A stretch of DNA of 64,000 bases, taken from positions 60,124 to 124,123 of the forward strand of contig JBAXVQ010000001.1 in assembly GCA_037128935.1 (NCBI GenBank), read 5' to 3'. The translations under genes and the position numbers were made by a program. Numbering within the stretch: the stretch's first letter is position 1; every line of letters begins with the position of its first letter. The DNA is from a bacterium. Its GTDB lineage: Bacteria > Patescibacteriota > CG2-30-54-11 > JBAXVQ01. Shown one piece after another: positions 55,931-64,000 of this stretch. The notes under the pieces were generated by a model. The model saw only the letters and a list, made by a program, of their open reading frames with translations, was not told where the DNA came from and did not search any database.

Positions 55931-56300
55931 GGTTGAATGCCTAGCGGATGCTTTTGGGGGGAGCGTTTTTTCTGGGGTGGTTTGCAGCGAACCTTATTCC
56001 TTCGGTGGTTTTCGCCTGCATGTCGAGTTACTTTTTTTTCTTGATAAAAAAAAGTAACCAAAAAAAATCAAGTCGAAATAATCCCCGCGTTGTGGGTTAC
56101 GACGTATTTCGACGGGCATCAGAGGGCAGTTCGAGGTTGGGGGTGTACCCGTGAGGCTGTACCCGAGAGATGGGGAGGGGTGGAGAGATTCCGCGGGCGA
56201 CTGGTGTGGGTGTTGACCATTCGCTGGCGTGAGAAAATGCGGGTGCCTGACGAATGTCTTGTAATGCCTAACGGATGTTTGATGGTGCCTAGCGAATGCT
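55931..56300 (+). repeat. intergenic element locus C: one box near mscS start plus three tandem 21-bp-phased TGCCTrrCGrATG boxes, and a 13-bp A/T palindrome
   Basis: Boxes at 55934, 56243, 56264 and 56285. Palindrome gttactttttttt/aaaaaaaagtaac at 56027-56058. The 5' ~110 bp resembles the start of element copies A and B. Confidence 0.7.
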
Positions 56301-56304
56301 TTTT

Positions 56305-57669
56305 TTATGGGATGAGGGTTTGTTTGAGGGATTTTGCTATGTGGTGGATGTTGGGGGTGAGTTTCCATTGGGTGTCGAGGAATGGGTGGGTGGTGCGGAG
56401 GCGGGCGTATTCGATGGCGGGGTTGACGAGTTGGTTGTTGCCGGTAGGGATGATGAGGATGTCTTCTGGGGTTTTGCAGGTGGAGAGTTGGTAGGCAGGG
56501 TGAAGGAATGAGAGTTTTTCGTTGTTGAAGTGATAGAGGCCTGTTGTTTGTGGGTTTGTGATTGGTTGGGGTTTTCCTGTGGTGTTGCGGAGGATGAGTT
56601 GGGAGGTTGTGTAGGGGGTGGTTTTTTCTTTTTCGTTGTATGTTGTTGGGTTGAGGTCGTAGTGCTCGTTGGCGTGTTCGAGGATGTGGTAGTGGAGGAG
56701 AGGGGTGTTGTCGGCGATGAGTTGCATTTCGGTGAATAAGGGGATGGAGGCTACGATGCGAGCGTTACATTCGATGATGTAGACGGTTTCTTTTTCAATA
56801 TTTACAACGAAGTCGAGGCCGAATATGCCTTTGAAGCCTTGTTTGTACATCAGGTTGCCAATGGTTTCTGTGTGTTTGTAGATCGTTTCGCTGATGGTTC
56901 TGGGGAGTTCGGAAAATTGCCAAGTGGTGCCGCAGGTGCCACCCCAGCTGGTGGTGTAGTCGAGATAGCCGGTGATTTGGTGGCAGAGTGGTGCGTAGAT
57001 TGTGCCATGTTCTGTGCTGCAGGCGTTGATGGTGAAGGGGATGCCTTCGATGAATTGGCTGATTTTGGCTTTTTTGTTTTCGTTTTCTTTGAGGATGTGG
57101 TCGAATTCTGCTTGGTTGTTGACCAGAAATGTTGAGGAGCCGGCGAAGCCGTGGGGTAGTTGGATGATGAATGGGGTGTTGAAGATTTTGACAGCTTTTT
57201 CGTAGGTTGTGGCAATAAGTGGTTCTATGAAGTGTGGAGTTGCGGGGAGATCATTTTTTTCGAGAAATGCTGAGAAAGAGAGTTTGTCTTCGAAAAGAAG
57301 GTTAAGTTCGAAATCTGCGGCGAGTAGTTTCCAGTGTTTGTTTTCGCAGAATTTTTGTAGTGAGGCAGAGGGACGAAAGGGGAGTATGTGTGGTTGATTT
57401 CCTTTTGCCTGTTGCTGAATGTATGTTTCTACAAGTGGATGTTGGAGTAGTTTTGCTGTGTTGCGGATGACGACGTTTTTGTTGTTGAGTTCACGTTCGA
57501 GGCAGAATACGTTCACGCCGTTGTTTTGGAGGAGATCAACTATTTCTTTGTCGTCGATGCAGATGATGTGGTAGTTGGGGAGGGTTTTTTCTAGGCCGAT
57601 AGCCCAGAGGGGGTCGTTGCAGATGAAGAAGATGGGTACACTTCTTTGTTGAAGCGGTTGATTGTTCAT
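56305..57669 (-). CDS. ATP-grasp domain protein of unknown substrate
   Basis: ATP-grasp core HGFAGSSTFLV...KGIFGLDFVV...YIIECNARI. 454 aa. Confidence 0.6.
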   Translation of the reverse strand: MNNQPLQQRSVPIFFICNDPLWAIGLEKTLPNYHIICIDDKEIVDLLQNNGVNVFCLERELNNKNVVIRNTAKLLQHPLVETYIQQQAKGNQPHILPFRPSASLQKFCENKHWKLLAADFELNLLFEDKLSFSAFLEKNDLPATPHFIEPLIATTYEKAVKIFNTPFIIQLPHGFAGSSTFLVNNQAEFDHILKENENKKAKISQFIEGIPFTINACSTEHGTIYAPLCHQITGYLDYTTSWGGTCGTTWQFSELPRTISETIYKHTETIGNLMYKQGFKGIFGLDFVVNIEKETVYIIECNARIVASIPLFTEMQLIADNTPLLHYHILEHANEHYDLNPTTYNEKEKTTPYTTSQLILRNTTGKPQPITNPQTTGLYHFNNEKLSFLHPAYQLSTCKTPEDILIIPTGNNQLVNPAIEYARLRTTHPFLDTQWKLTPNIHHIAKSLKQTLIP

Positions 57670-57726
57670 AGTTAAGAAATCTTGGTTGGGGTAGCTGCTC
57701 CGACGTGTCTGTCCTCCCTATAAGGG

Positions 57727-57770
57727 CTGGAAAGAAGCAAACGCTTTCTAAAGCGTTTGCTTCTTTCCAG
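57727..57770. repeat. perfect 21-bp inverted repeat (44-bp palindrome)
   Basis: ctggaaagaagcaaacgcttt-ct-aaagcgtttgcttctttccag. Lies ~60-100 bp upstream of the ATP-grasp start codon. Confidence 0.9.
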
Positions 57771-57885
57771 CTACTTTAAGCAGGGTGGGGTATCACTTGC
57801 AATTCCGATCTTGGTTGGTGGTTGTTCAGCATAATAATAAATACTCTTTAGACATCTGTTGTTCTTAGCTTACCTGTTTTGCAAT

Positions 57886-57918
57886 TAAAAAGGGACATGA
57901 AACGTGTTCATGTCCCTT
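57886..57918 (-). terminator. candidate rho-independent terminator after malic enzyme gene
   Basis: 12-bp stem aagggacatgaa/ttcatgtccctt with a 5-nt loop, followed on the minus strand by UUUAAUU. Confidence 0.45.
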
Positions 57919-57943
57919 AAGAAAATCTATCGAAAATTGACGG

Positions 57944-59290
57944 TTACTCAGCAGGTGCGGGTTCGATGATGCCTTCTTTCATGAGGAGTGATGCCATGTC
58001 TCGGGATTTTTTGATGATGGCTGCGGCTTCTTTGTAGAGTTCTTCTGGGGTTTTGGTGAGGAGGGTGAGTTTTTGTTCTTGGGCTTTCATGGCGGTGGCG
58101 ACGGCTGTGCGCGGGAATACTTCCCAGTCATCCATTGTTGGGACGACGTATTCTGGGCTGATGCCACGTTCTTCGGCGACTTTGGCGATTTCGTTGGCGG
58201 CGGCTACGGCCATTTCATCGGTGATGGTGGTGGCTCGGATATCAAGGACGCCGCGGAAAATTCCTGGGAATCCGATGGAGTTGTTAATTTGATTTGGGAA
58301 ATCGCTGCGGCCTGTTCCTACAATTGCTGCGCCAGCCTCTTTGGCTTCCCATGGCCAGATTTCTGGGATAGGGTTTGCGCAAGGAAAGGCGATGGCATCT
58401 TTGTTCATGCCTTTGATCCACTCGGGGAGGATTGATCCTGGGCCGGGTTTGGAGGCGGCGATGAAGATGTCTGCGCCTTTGAGGGCGGTTTCTACATCTC
58501 CGACGATTTGATCGGCGTTGGATTCTTGGCAGATGATCCATTTGTCGGGGAAATTTTCCTGATCCTGTTCGATGTCGTGGCGTTTGAGGTGGAGTGTGCC
58601 TTTGCTGTCGAGGGCGATGATGTTGGAGGGAGTAGCGCCTGAGGCTTTGAGAAGGCGGTAGGTGGCTACGTTTGCAGCTCCAATGCCGATGAGGACGATA
58701 CGTGCTTTGCTAAGTTCTTTATTTACGAGTTTGAGGGAGTTGAGGATGCCAGCGAGAATAACTGTTGCTGTGCCTTGTTGGTCATCGTGCCAAACGGGGA
58801 TGTTCATTTCTGCGCGGAGGGTGTCGAGGATGCGGAAGCATTTCGGCTGAGCGATATCTTCAAGGTTGATGCCGCCAAATGCTGGTTCAAGAAGCTTTAC
58901 GGTTTCAATAAATTTGTCAGGGTCTTTTGTGTCGAGCGTAAGTGGGACTGCGTCAACACCACCGAGGTATTTGAAGAGGAGGGCTTTGCCTTCCATGACG
59001 GGGAGAGCGGCTTTGGGGCCGATGTCGCCAAGGCCGAGAACGCGAGTGCCATCGGAGATTACGGCGACGAGGTTGCCTTTTCCTGTGTGTTCGTAGACTT
59101 TTTCTGGGTTAGTGTGGATATCTTTGCAAGGTGCTGCGACTCCGGGGGAGTACCAGATGGCGAAGTCATTGAAGTCTCGGATGGTGCACTTGGGGGCTAT
59201 TTGATATTTTCCCTTATAAAAAGGGTGGAGTTTCATGGCATCTTCGGATGGTTTGTTGGCTTTGGCGAGTAGTTCTTCTTTGGTGATCAT
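57944..59290 (-). CDS. NAD(P)-dependent malic enzyme
   Basis: Malic-enzyme N-terminal and NAD-binding domain patterns (YSPGVA...GLGDIGP...GINLEDI). 448 aa. Confidence 0.85.
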   Translation of the reverse strand: MITKEELLAKANKPSEDAMKLHPFYKGKYQIAPKCTIRDFNDFAIWYSPGVAAPCKDIHTNPEKVYEHTGKGNLVAVISDGTRVLGLGDIGPKAALPVMEGKALLFKYLGGVDAVPLTLDTKDPDKFIETVKLLEPAFGGINLEDIAQPKCFRILDTLRAEMNIPVWHDDQQGTATVILAGILNSLKLVNKELSKARIVLIGIGAANVATYRLLKASGATPSNIIALDSKGTLHLKRHDIEQDQENFPDKWIICQESNADQIVGDVETALKGADIFIAASKPGPGSILPEWIKGMNKDAIAFPCANPIPEIWPWEAKEAGAAIVGTGRSDFPNQINNSIGFPGIFRGVLDIRATTITDEMAVAAANEIAKVAEERGISPEYVVPTMDDWEVFPRTAVATAMKAQEQKLTLLTKTPEELYKEAAAIIKKSRDMASLLMKEGIIEPAPAE

Positions 59291-59390
59291 GTGAGGTTGG
59301 CTCCTTCGTTATTTGGGAAACGGCACTGGTGTTTAGTGTAGCGGGGGATGGGGGGGAAGTAAAATGGTGCATAGAATGTTTTTGTTCTCG

Positions 59391-59676
59391 GAAATACCTA
59401 CGAATGTTTTTTATTGCGGTTGTTTTTTTACTTTCTGGTTACTGGGCTGTTAGGGCGCCGCACATCGTTTTCTTCGTAGTCGTTATTGGCGCTAACTACT
59501 TTTTGTCCATCGTCACACACTTCGACAGGCTCAGTGGGCAAGAAAGACTCGCCTCTCAAACGTCTCATTTGAGGGTGTCGACCATTGAGAGGCGGAATGC
59601 CAGAGAGCTGCGGAGCAGAGGATGGTTTTTCGGGTGGTTATGTTTGCTCCAATGAAGTACTTTGTTGGGAGAATGC
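59391..59676 (+). repeat. intergenic repeat element, copy B (~286 bp)
   Basis: Homologous to 38691-38963, with a ~20-bp indel. Lies in the divergent region between malic enzyme and the YdjC-like gene. Confidence 0.8.
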
Positions 59677-59765
59677 TATGAAATTGGGGTTTTTTAAGGT
59701 GTTTGAAAATTTATAATTTTGTTATATACTCTTAATGTTGATAAATTCAATAGAAATAGTTTTTA

Positions 59766-60698
59766 ATGAATGCGTTTGCTAGACATAGCGGTCAAGGTTT
59801 TGGTTCTCTATATTTAAAGAGACCGATGAGAGAATCACTTAGAAGAGTTTCTCTTGTTGGTGATGATGCGGCTAGTTTGCTTTATGATCGTGAAGCGGCT
59901 CGAGTTATCAATTCTCTAAGTACTCGACTAAAAGAAGTCATAACTTTTGATGTTGAGGTAACAATTTCTTCTCATGAGCGAAAAAGTTTAGTACGTAGGC
60001 TTGATAAGTTTGCTCCAGCAGGATTACATGCAGTGTTGGATGATGCTGCTTCTGGTTTTTATCCAAGTAATCGGTTGGGGTTGTTTGGAAAAGGTGGGCG
60101 GCTTCAAGCGCTTCGGCTGGCGTATGAACATGGAAAGCATCTAGATGCGAATGTTTTTTACTTCTTGAAAAACAGACAGGTGCGTGATGTTATTGTTGAT
60201 GAATTACGAAGGCAGGTTTGTCTTTTTAAAGATTCATTTGGCTATGTGCCAGCTCATCTTTCTTCACATAATGGCTGGTGGAATTTTCCTTCTGTAATGG
60301 AGGCTTTTGCTCAGGTTTCTGGTGAGAGTCGAATTCCTGTCCGTGTTAGGCGGGAAGATATGCATGGAATTTTGAAGCAGTCTCCATGGGAAACTGGAGC
60401 GGTGGTGGATAACCATAATGTTAAGGGGCGAGAAGATTTAGTTCGATCTCCGGAAAAATTTGCTAGGTTTGTTGTCACTACACTTGAGGAAAGAGGTGTA
60501 CGGGCAGGAGAGGTTGTTCTGCATATGAGGAGTAATCCGGAGTATCGATATCGTTTACAGCTTGAGTTGCTTTCTCATAGAGATTTTTGGACAGCGATGG
60601 AGGCTGTGGGTATTAATTTAGTTACTCCGCATGAACTACTTGTTCATCCTGTTTCTGCTGTTAATCCAGTGGCTGAAAAAGCAGTTCTTGCTGCGTAG
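59766..60698 (+). CDS. YdjC/ChbG-like carbohydrate deacetylase family protein (tentative)
   Basis: Region VPAHLSSHNGWWNFPSVMEAFAQVSGESRIPVRVR resembles the ChbG HLDSHHH...FP block. GLHAVLDD resembles GMHFVL. Confidence 0.45.
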   Translation: MNAFARHSGQGFGSLYLKRPMRESLRRVSLVGDDAASLLYDREAARVINSLSTRLKEVITFDVEVTISSHERKSLVRRLDKFAPAGLHAVLDDAASGFYPSNRLGLFGKGGRLQALRLAYEHGKHLDANVFYFLKNRQVRDVIVDELRRQVCLFKDSFGYVPAHLSSHNGWWNFPSVMEAFAQVSGESRIPVRVRREDMHGILKQSPWETGAVVDNHNVKGREDLVRSPEKFARFVVTTLEERGVRAGEVVLHMRSNPEYRYRLQLELLSHRDFWTAMEAVGINLVTPHELLVHPVSAVNPVAEKAVLAA

Positions 60699-60702
60699 GG
60701 AT

Positions 60703-62448
60703 TTAATTTAAAACGCCGTCATGTTGGAGTTGATAGAGTTTTGCGTAGAGACCTCCTGATTTGTTGTGGAGTATGTTGTGGTCGCCTTCTTCGATGATCT
60801 TTCCGTGGTCGAGGACGATGATTTTGTCGGCGCGGCGGATGGTGGAGAAGCGGTGGGCGATGATGAGGATGGTGCATTGGCGGGAGATGTTGTCGATGGC
60901 TTTCTGGATATAGAGTTCGGATTCGGAGTCGAGTGAGGAGGTGGCTTCGTCGAGAACGAGGATGGAGGGTTTTGTCAGGAGTGCTCGGGCTATCCCGAGT
61001 CGTTGTTTTTGCCCTCCAGAAAGTCTGACTCCACGTTCTCCAATCATTGTGTTGTAGCCGTCAGAGAGGCCGATGATGAAATCGTGGAGGTAGGCGGATT
61101 TTGCGGCTTCGATGACGCTTTCTTCTGTGGCTTCGGGGTCGCCGTATTTGATGTTTTCTAGGATTGTTTCATCGAAGACATCGATGTCTTGGCTTACTAT
61201 GGACATTTTGGTGCGAAATTGTGCACGCTGAAGTTGGGTGATGTTTACGTTATCCAGTTTTATTTCCCCATCTTGTGGGTCGAAATGCCGGTAGAGAAGT
61301 TTGATGATGGTTGATTTTCCACTGCCGGATGGGCCGACGAAAGCAACTATTTCTTGGGGTTTGATGTGGAAGGAAATGTTGTGTAGAGCTCCTTTCTGTT
61401 GTTTTTGCGAGGGGTAGGAGAAACTGACGTTTGCGAATTCTATTTCTCCGGTGTATTTTTCCAGTTTTGTTGGGGAAATTGAGTCTACGATGGAGGATTT
61501 TTCTTCGAATATTTCGGTGAGTTGTTCAACTGAGGGGATGCAATCGGCAGTTACGTCGTAAAATCGGGAGAGGCGGAAGAGGTTGGCGTATACTTTTTCT
61601 GAGTATGCCCAGAAGGTGGAGAGAAGGCCGATGGTGATGCTGTTGTTGAAGGTCAGGTAGGCACCAAGGATGATGGTGGCGGTTCTGGCGCAGTTGATGA
61701 TGAGGTCTCGGAAAAAGTTGAAGCTGCGAAGGAGGTCTTCGCGGTGGTCTTCATGTTTCAGTATGCCTTCGGATATGGTTGCTATCTTTCCAACTTCACG
61801 GTGTTCCTGAACGTAGTCTTGGACAGTTTTTACGTTTCCGATGGATTCGCCCATCTTGCGACTGCGTTCGAGATATCCTTCACGGATTGCGACTCGAGTT
61901 TCTCTGACTTGTTGGTTCATATACCAAGTTACAACAAGAAACACTGGAACAAAGACGACATAGGTGAAGGACATTTGCCAGTTCATGAAGAAGACCATGA
62001 CAAAGGTGAGTGAGGTGAGGAGGATGGTGGGCATGAATTCGAAAATGATGTTGACGGTAAAGTTGGTGAAGCGGTCAATACCCATACCGATAACTTCCAT
62101 TTTTTTGTGGGTATTGCTGCTTTCGTGGTAGGAGATGGGGAGTTCGAGGAGCTTTTTATGGGCGTCAGAGCGGATGCGGGTGATGAGGCGGGTGAGAAAG
62201 TGATGTTCGGATTTGCTTCTTGCGACTGCGATTAGTGAGGAGAAATTTTCCGCAAAGAAATATATGACGATGATCCAAATGAGTTTTGAGAAATCTTCTC
62301 GGTGGGAGGTGAGGATGTCGATGGTTTGTCCGAAGAGGAAGGGGACGATGAGTTTGGAAAATTCGAACAACAGACGATAAGTACAGATGATGGCGATCTG
62401 TTTTTTGTGTGGGTTGTAGAGGTAACGTAGTCGTTGTAGAAATTGCAT
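60703..62448 (-). CDS. ABC transporter, fused permease/ATP-binding (exporter type)
   Basis: Six-TM N-terminal domain. Walker A GPSGSGKST, signature LSGGQKQRLGIARAL and Walker B ILVLDEATS. Confidence 0.85.
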   Translation of the reverse strand: MQFLQRLRYLYNPHKKQIAIICTYRLLFEFSKLIVPFLFGQTIDILTSHREDFSKLIWIIVIYFFAENFSSLIAVARSKSEHHFLTRLITRIRSDAHKKLLELPISYHESSNTHKKMEVIGMGIDRFTNFTVNIIFEFMPTILLTSLTFVMVFFMNWQMSFTYVVFVPVFLVVTWYMNQQVRETRVAIREGYLERSRKMGESIGNVKTVQDYVQEHREVGKIATISEGILKHEDHREDLLRSFNFFRDLIINCARTATIILGAYLTFNNSITIGLLSTFWAYSEKVYANLFRLSRFYDVTADCIPSVEQLTEIFEEKSSIVDSISPTKLEKYTGEIEFANVSFSYPSQKQQKGALHNISFHIKPQEIVAFVGPSGSGKSTIIKLLYRHFDPQDGEIKLDNVNITQLQRAQFRTKMSIVSQDIDVFDETILENIKYGDPEATEESVIEAAKSAYLHDFIIGLSDGYNTMIGERGVRLSGGQKQRLGIARALLTKPSILVLDEATSSLDSESELYIQKAIDNISRQCTILIIAHRFSTIRRADKIIVLDHGKIIEEGDHNILHNKSGGLYAKLYQLQHDGVLN

Positions 62449-62614
62449 GGTTTATCTTGATGGCATCAGAAGATTGTAGCATGGGAGGTGGTGAAAATCA
62501 ATGGGTGTTTGCCTAACACTACGTTGCGAAATCATGCTCCGTCGCTCCAGAGAGCCATAGTTATGGATTCTTGCAATAACCTGCATCATGTAGTTGGAGC
62601 TGTCCTCCGTTTCT

Positions 62615-62660
62615 AGGTTCTTTGTGAAAATGCCGTTGTAACGGCATTTTTACAAAGAAC
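62615..62660. repeat. long near-perfect hairpin (~20-bp stem)
   Basis: ggttctttgtgaaaatgccgtt-g-taacggcatttttacaaagaacc. Between the yoeB stop and the ABC transporter start. Confidence 0.8.
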
Positions 62661-62720
62661 CAAAGAGCGGGACAAAAGCACAATACGTCTAGGGTTTCTT
62701 TGCCAAAGACGTATACATGT

Positions 62721-62978
62721 TTAGTAATGATACCGACAAGCGAGGACAATTATTTTTTGTTTTTCTACTTTGTAGACTAGTCTATGTTCTCCTGTAAGTC
62801 TGCGAGACCAGCAGCCCTGGAGGGCGTATTTTAGAGGTTCTGGTTTTCCTGTGCCTTCGAATGGGGTTTTTGTTATTTCATCGAGAAGAAGTAGAACTTT
62901 TAGAGCCAGCTTTCTGTCTTGTTTTACCCAATATGTAAGGTCTTCAAGAGCCTTATTGGTTAGGTGTAATTCCAACAT
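62721..62978 (-). CDS. yoeB: YoeB/Txe toxin (RelE superfamily)
   Basis: TPFEGTGKPEPLKYALQGCWSRRLTGEHRLVYKVEKQKIIVLACRYHY closely matches YoeB. Confidence 0.85.
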   Translation of the reverse strand: MLELHLTNKALEDLTYWVKQDRKLALKVLLLLDEITKTPFEGTGKPEPLKYALQGCWSRRLTGEHRLVYKVEKQKIIVLACRYHY

Positions 62979-63243
62979 GCTTTGCTAACTCTTGGGTTGA
63001 GGTGAATTTTTTTGTTTGACCTTTTGTTGCTTCATGGAGAGATTGGAGTAGGTGTTTTGTGTTGGCGGGTGAGTTTAGTAAATGGGCTGTTTCTTCAAGT
63101 GCTGCATATTCTTCTTGAGCAAGGATTACCACGTCTTCGTTATTTCGGCGTGAAATGCGAATAGGGATGCGTTTTTTATTGACTTCGTCGAAGACTGCTT
63201 TGAGGTTGTTACGGGCTTTGCTGTAGGTCATTGAGTGAGGCAT
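62953..63243 (-). CDS. yefM: YefM/Phd antitoxin
   Basis: MTYSKARNNLKAVFDEVNKKRIPIRISRRNNEDVVILAQEEYAALEET. Overlaps yoeB by 26 nt. Confidence 0.8.
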   Translation of the reverse strand: MPHSMTYSKARNNLKAVFDEVNKKRIPIRISRRNNEDVVILAQEEYAALEETAHLLNSPANTKHLLQSLHEATKGQTKKFTSTQELAKHVGITPNQ

Positions 63244-63322
63244 AGTAGTTTTTTTCTTGTACAGATTTATTGTACAGCTTTATTGTGAATTGGCAATGGT
63301 GGTGAGGGGGGACTTTGAGGAT

Positions 63323-64000
63323 TTATTGCTTTTTTACGCTGATTTTTATTTTATGTTCGGCTACTTTTACTTGTTCTTCTTCGTTGGGGAGTGTTTCCCA
63401 TGAAATTGCTTGGCTGGAGGTGCTTTGGCGGATGGATTCTAGTTCTTGGGTGATGAAGGTTTGGAATTCTGTTGGGGCATCGATGGTAGTGGTGACGGTG
63501 TCGGAGAGTTTGAGTCCGAGTTTGGCGCGTTTGCTTTGGATGTGGCGGATGAGCTCGCGGGCGGCACCTTCGCGGAGGAGTGTGGGGGTGAGGGTGGTGT
63601 CGAATTCTATGATGGGTTCGTTGGTTGGGGTTTCTTCGGGTTGCCAGATGATGGCTTTGACGTTTAGTTCGTCTTGGAGGATGGTGTTGAATTGTTCTTG
63701 TTCTTCGGTGATGAGTTTGGTTATGCTGGCTTTCGCTTTAACGGTGAGGCTGGCGAGGGGTTGGCGGACTTTGAGACCGGTTTCTTTTCTTACTCTGTTG
63801 CCAACTTCGGCGATGGTACGGATGTTATCCATCTGGGCGTGAAGTTTTTCATTGATGAGTTTTTCATCAGCTTCAGGGAATGTGGAAAGATGGATGGAAA
63901 GTGGGAGTGCGTTTTCTTTCTGTTCGATGAAATCGATGCCAGTGAGGTTTTGGTAGATGGCTTCGGTGATGAATGGCATGTATGGGCTGAGGATCTTTGA
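63323..64000 (-). CDS. ileS: isoleucine--tRNA ligase, C-terminal portion (gene continues right of the window)
   Basis: PFITEAIYQNL...LLREGAARELIRHIQSKRAKLGLKLSDTV is typical of the IleRS C-terminal region. No zinc-finger CxxC is seen. Confidence 0.55.
   Translation of the reverse strand, partial: SKILSPYMPFITEAIYQNLTGIDFIEQKENALPLSIHLSTFPEADEKLINEKLHAQMDNIRTIAEVGNRVRKETGLKVRQPLASLTVKAKASITKLITEEQEQFNTILQDELNVKAIIWQPEETPTNEPIIEFDTTLTPTLLREGAARELIRHIQSKRAKLGLKLSDTVTTTIDAPTEFQTFITQELESIRQSTSSQAISWETLPNEEEQVKVAEHKIKISVKKQ

Noticed and set aside
56027-56058. Palindrome gttactttttttt/aaaaaaaagtaac as an intrinsic terminator
   Set aside because: The stem is A/U-only. The U/A tracts are on the wrong side for both strands: the U-run precedes the hairpin on the minus strand, and an A-run follows it on the plus strand. 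It is kept only as part of locus C.
55696-59272. Plus-strand Gly/Glu/Val-rich ORFs (55696..55944, 56090..56494, 56296..56511, 56530..56739, 56839..57135, 58073..58435, 58775..59272)
   Set aside because: They are antisense to mscS, the ATP-grasp gene and malic enzyme. Their low-complexity composition marks them as frame artifacts.
1-64000. CRISPR arrays, diversity-generating retroelement, rRNA genes
   Set aside because: There are no regularly spaced direct repeats with unique spacers. No ORF carries a reverse-transcriptase YxDD motif near the tail-fibre or LamG genes. No rRNA-like conserved blocks were seen.

Overview
The window has two parts. Positions ~1-35.6k are a siphovirus-like temperate prophage, or the right-hand part of one. 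A tyrosine integrase and an XRE-type regulator sit at the left edge. Almost all other phage genes are on the minus strand. From the right they run: replication (AAA_24/Sak4-like ATPase, DUF669-like, DUF1376, DnaB-like helicase, DUF1064), small and large terminase, portal, MuF-like minor head protein, HK97 gp10-like, scaffold, major capsid, head-tail connectors, major tail, tail chaperone with a -1 G/GT frameshift, tape measure, Dit/Tal-like proteins, a LamG protein, a tail fiber with a C-terminal S74 chaperone, a holin-like protein, a dual cysteine-peptidase lysin and a membrane-anchored GH24 lysozyme. A plus-strand moron island with its own promoter and terminator sits inside the lysis region. 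The prophage is bounded at ~35.65-35.92k by two minus-strand tRNA genes: an unusual class-I tRNA with anticodon CGA, and a canonical tRNA-Asp(GUC) followed by a terminator. Positions ~36-64k are host chromosome. The genes there are thrB, a DUF192 protein, yebC, ridA, aroA, a TPR protein, a triple lamin-tail-domain LPXTG surface protein, a PLDc_N/zinc-ribbon membrane protein, argS, a Pro-rich protein translationally coupled to purN-hisH-rsfS, rplI, a ComEC-type MBL protein, a DUF1080 protein, mraY, secD, secF, mscS, an orphan ATP-grasp enzyme, malic enzyme, a YdjC-like protein, an ABC exporter, yoeB-yefM and the 3' end of ileS. The gene content (LPXTG substrate, orphan purN/hisH, small overlapping operons) suggests a small-genome Gram-positive-type or CPR/Patescibacteria-like host; this is inference only. 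The most unusual non-coding signal is a three-member family of ~280-bp intergenic elements sharing a TGCCTA(R)CGAATG box. Each copy lies just upstream of a minus-strand gene, and one locus carries three box copies phased at exactly 21 bp. No CRISPR array, rRNA gene or reverse transcriptase was seen.
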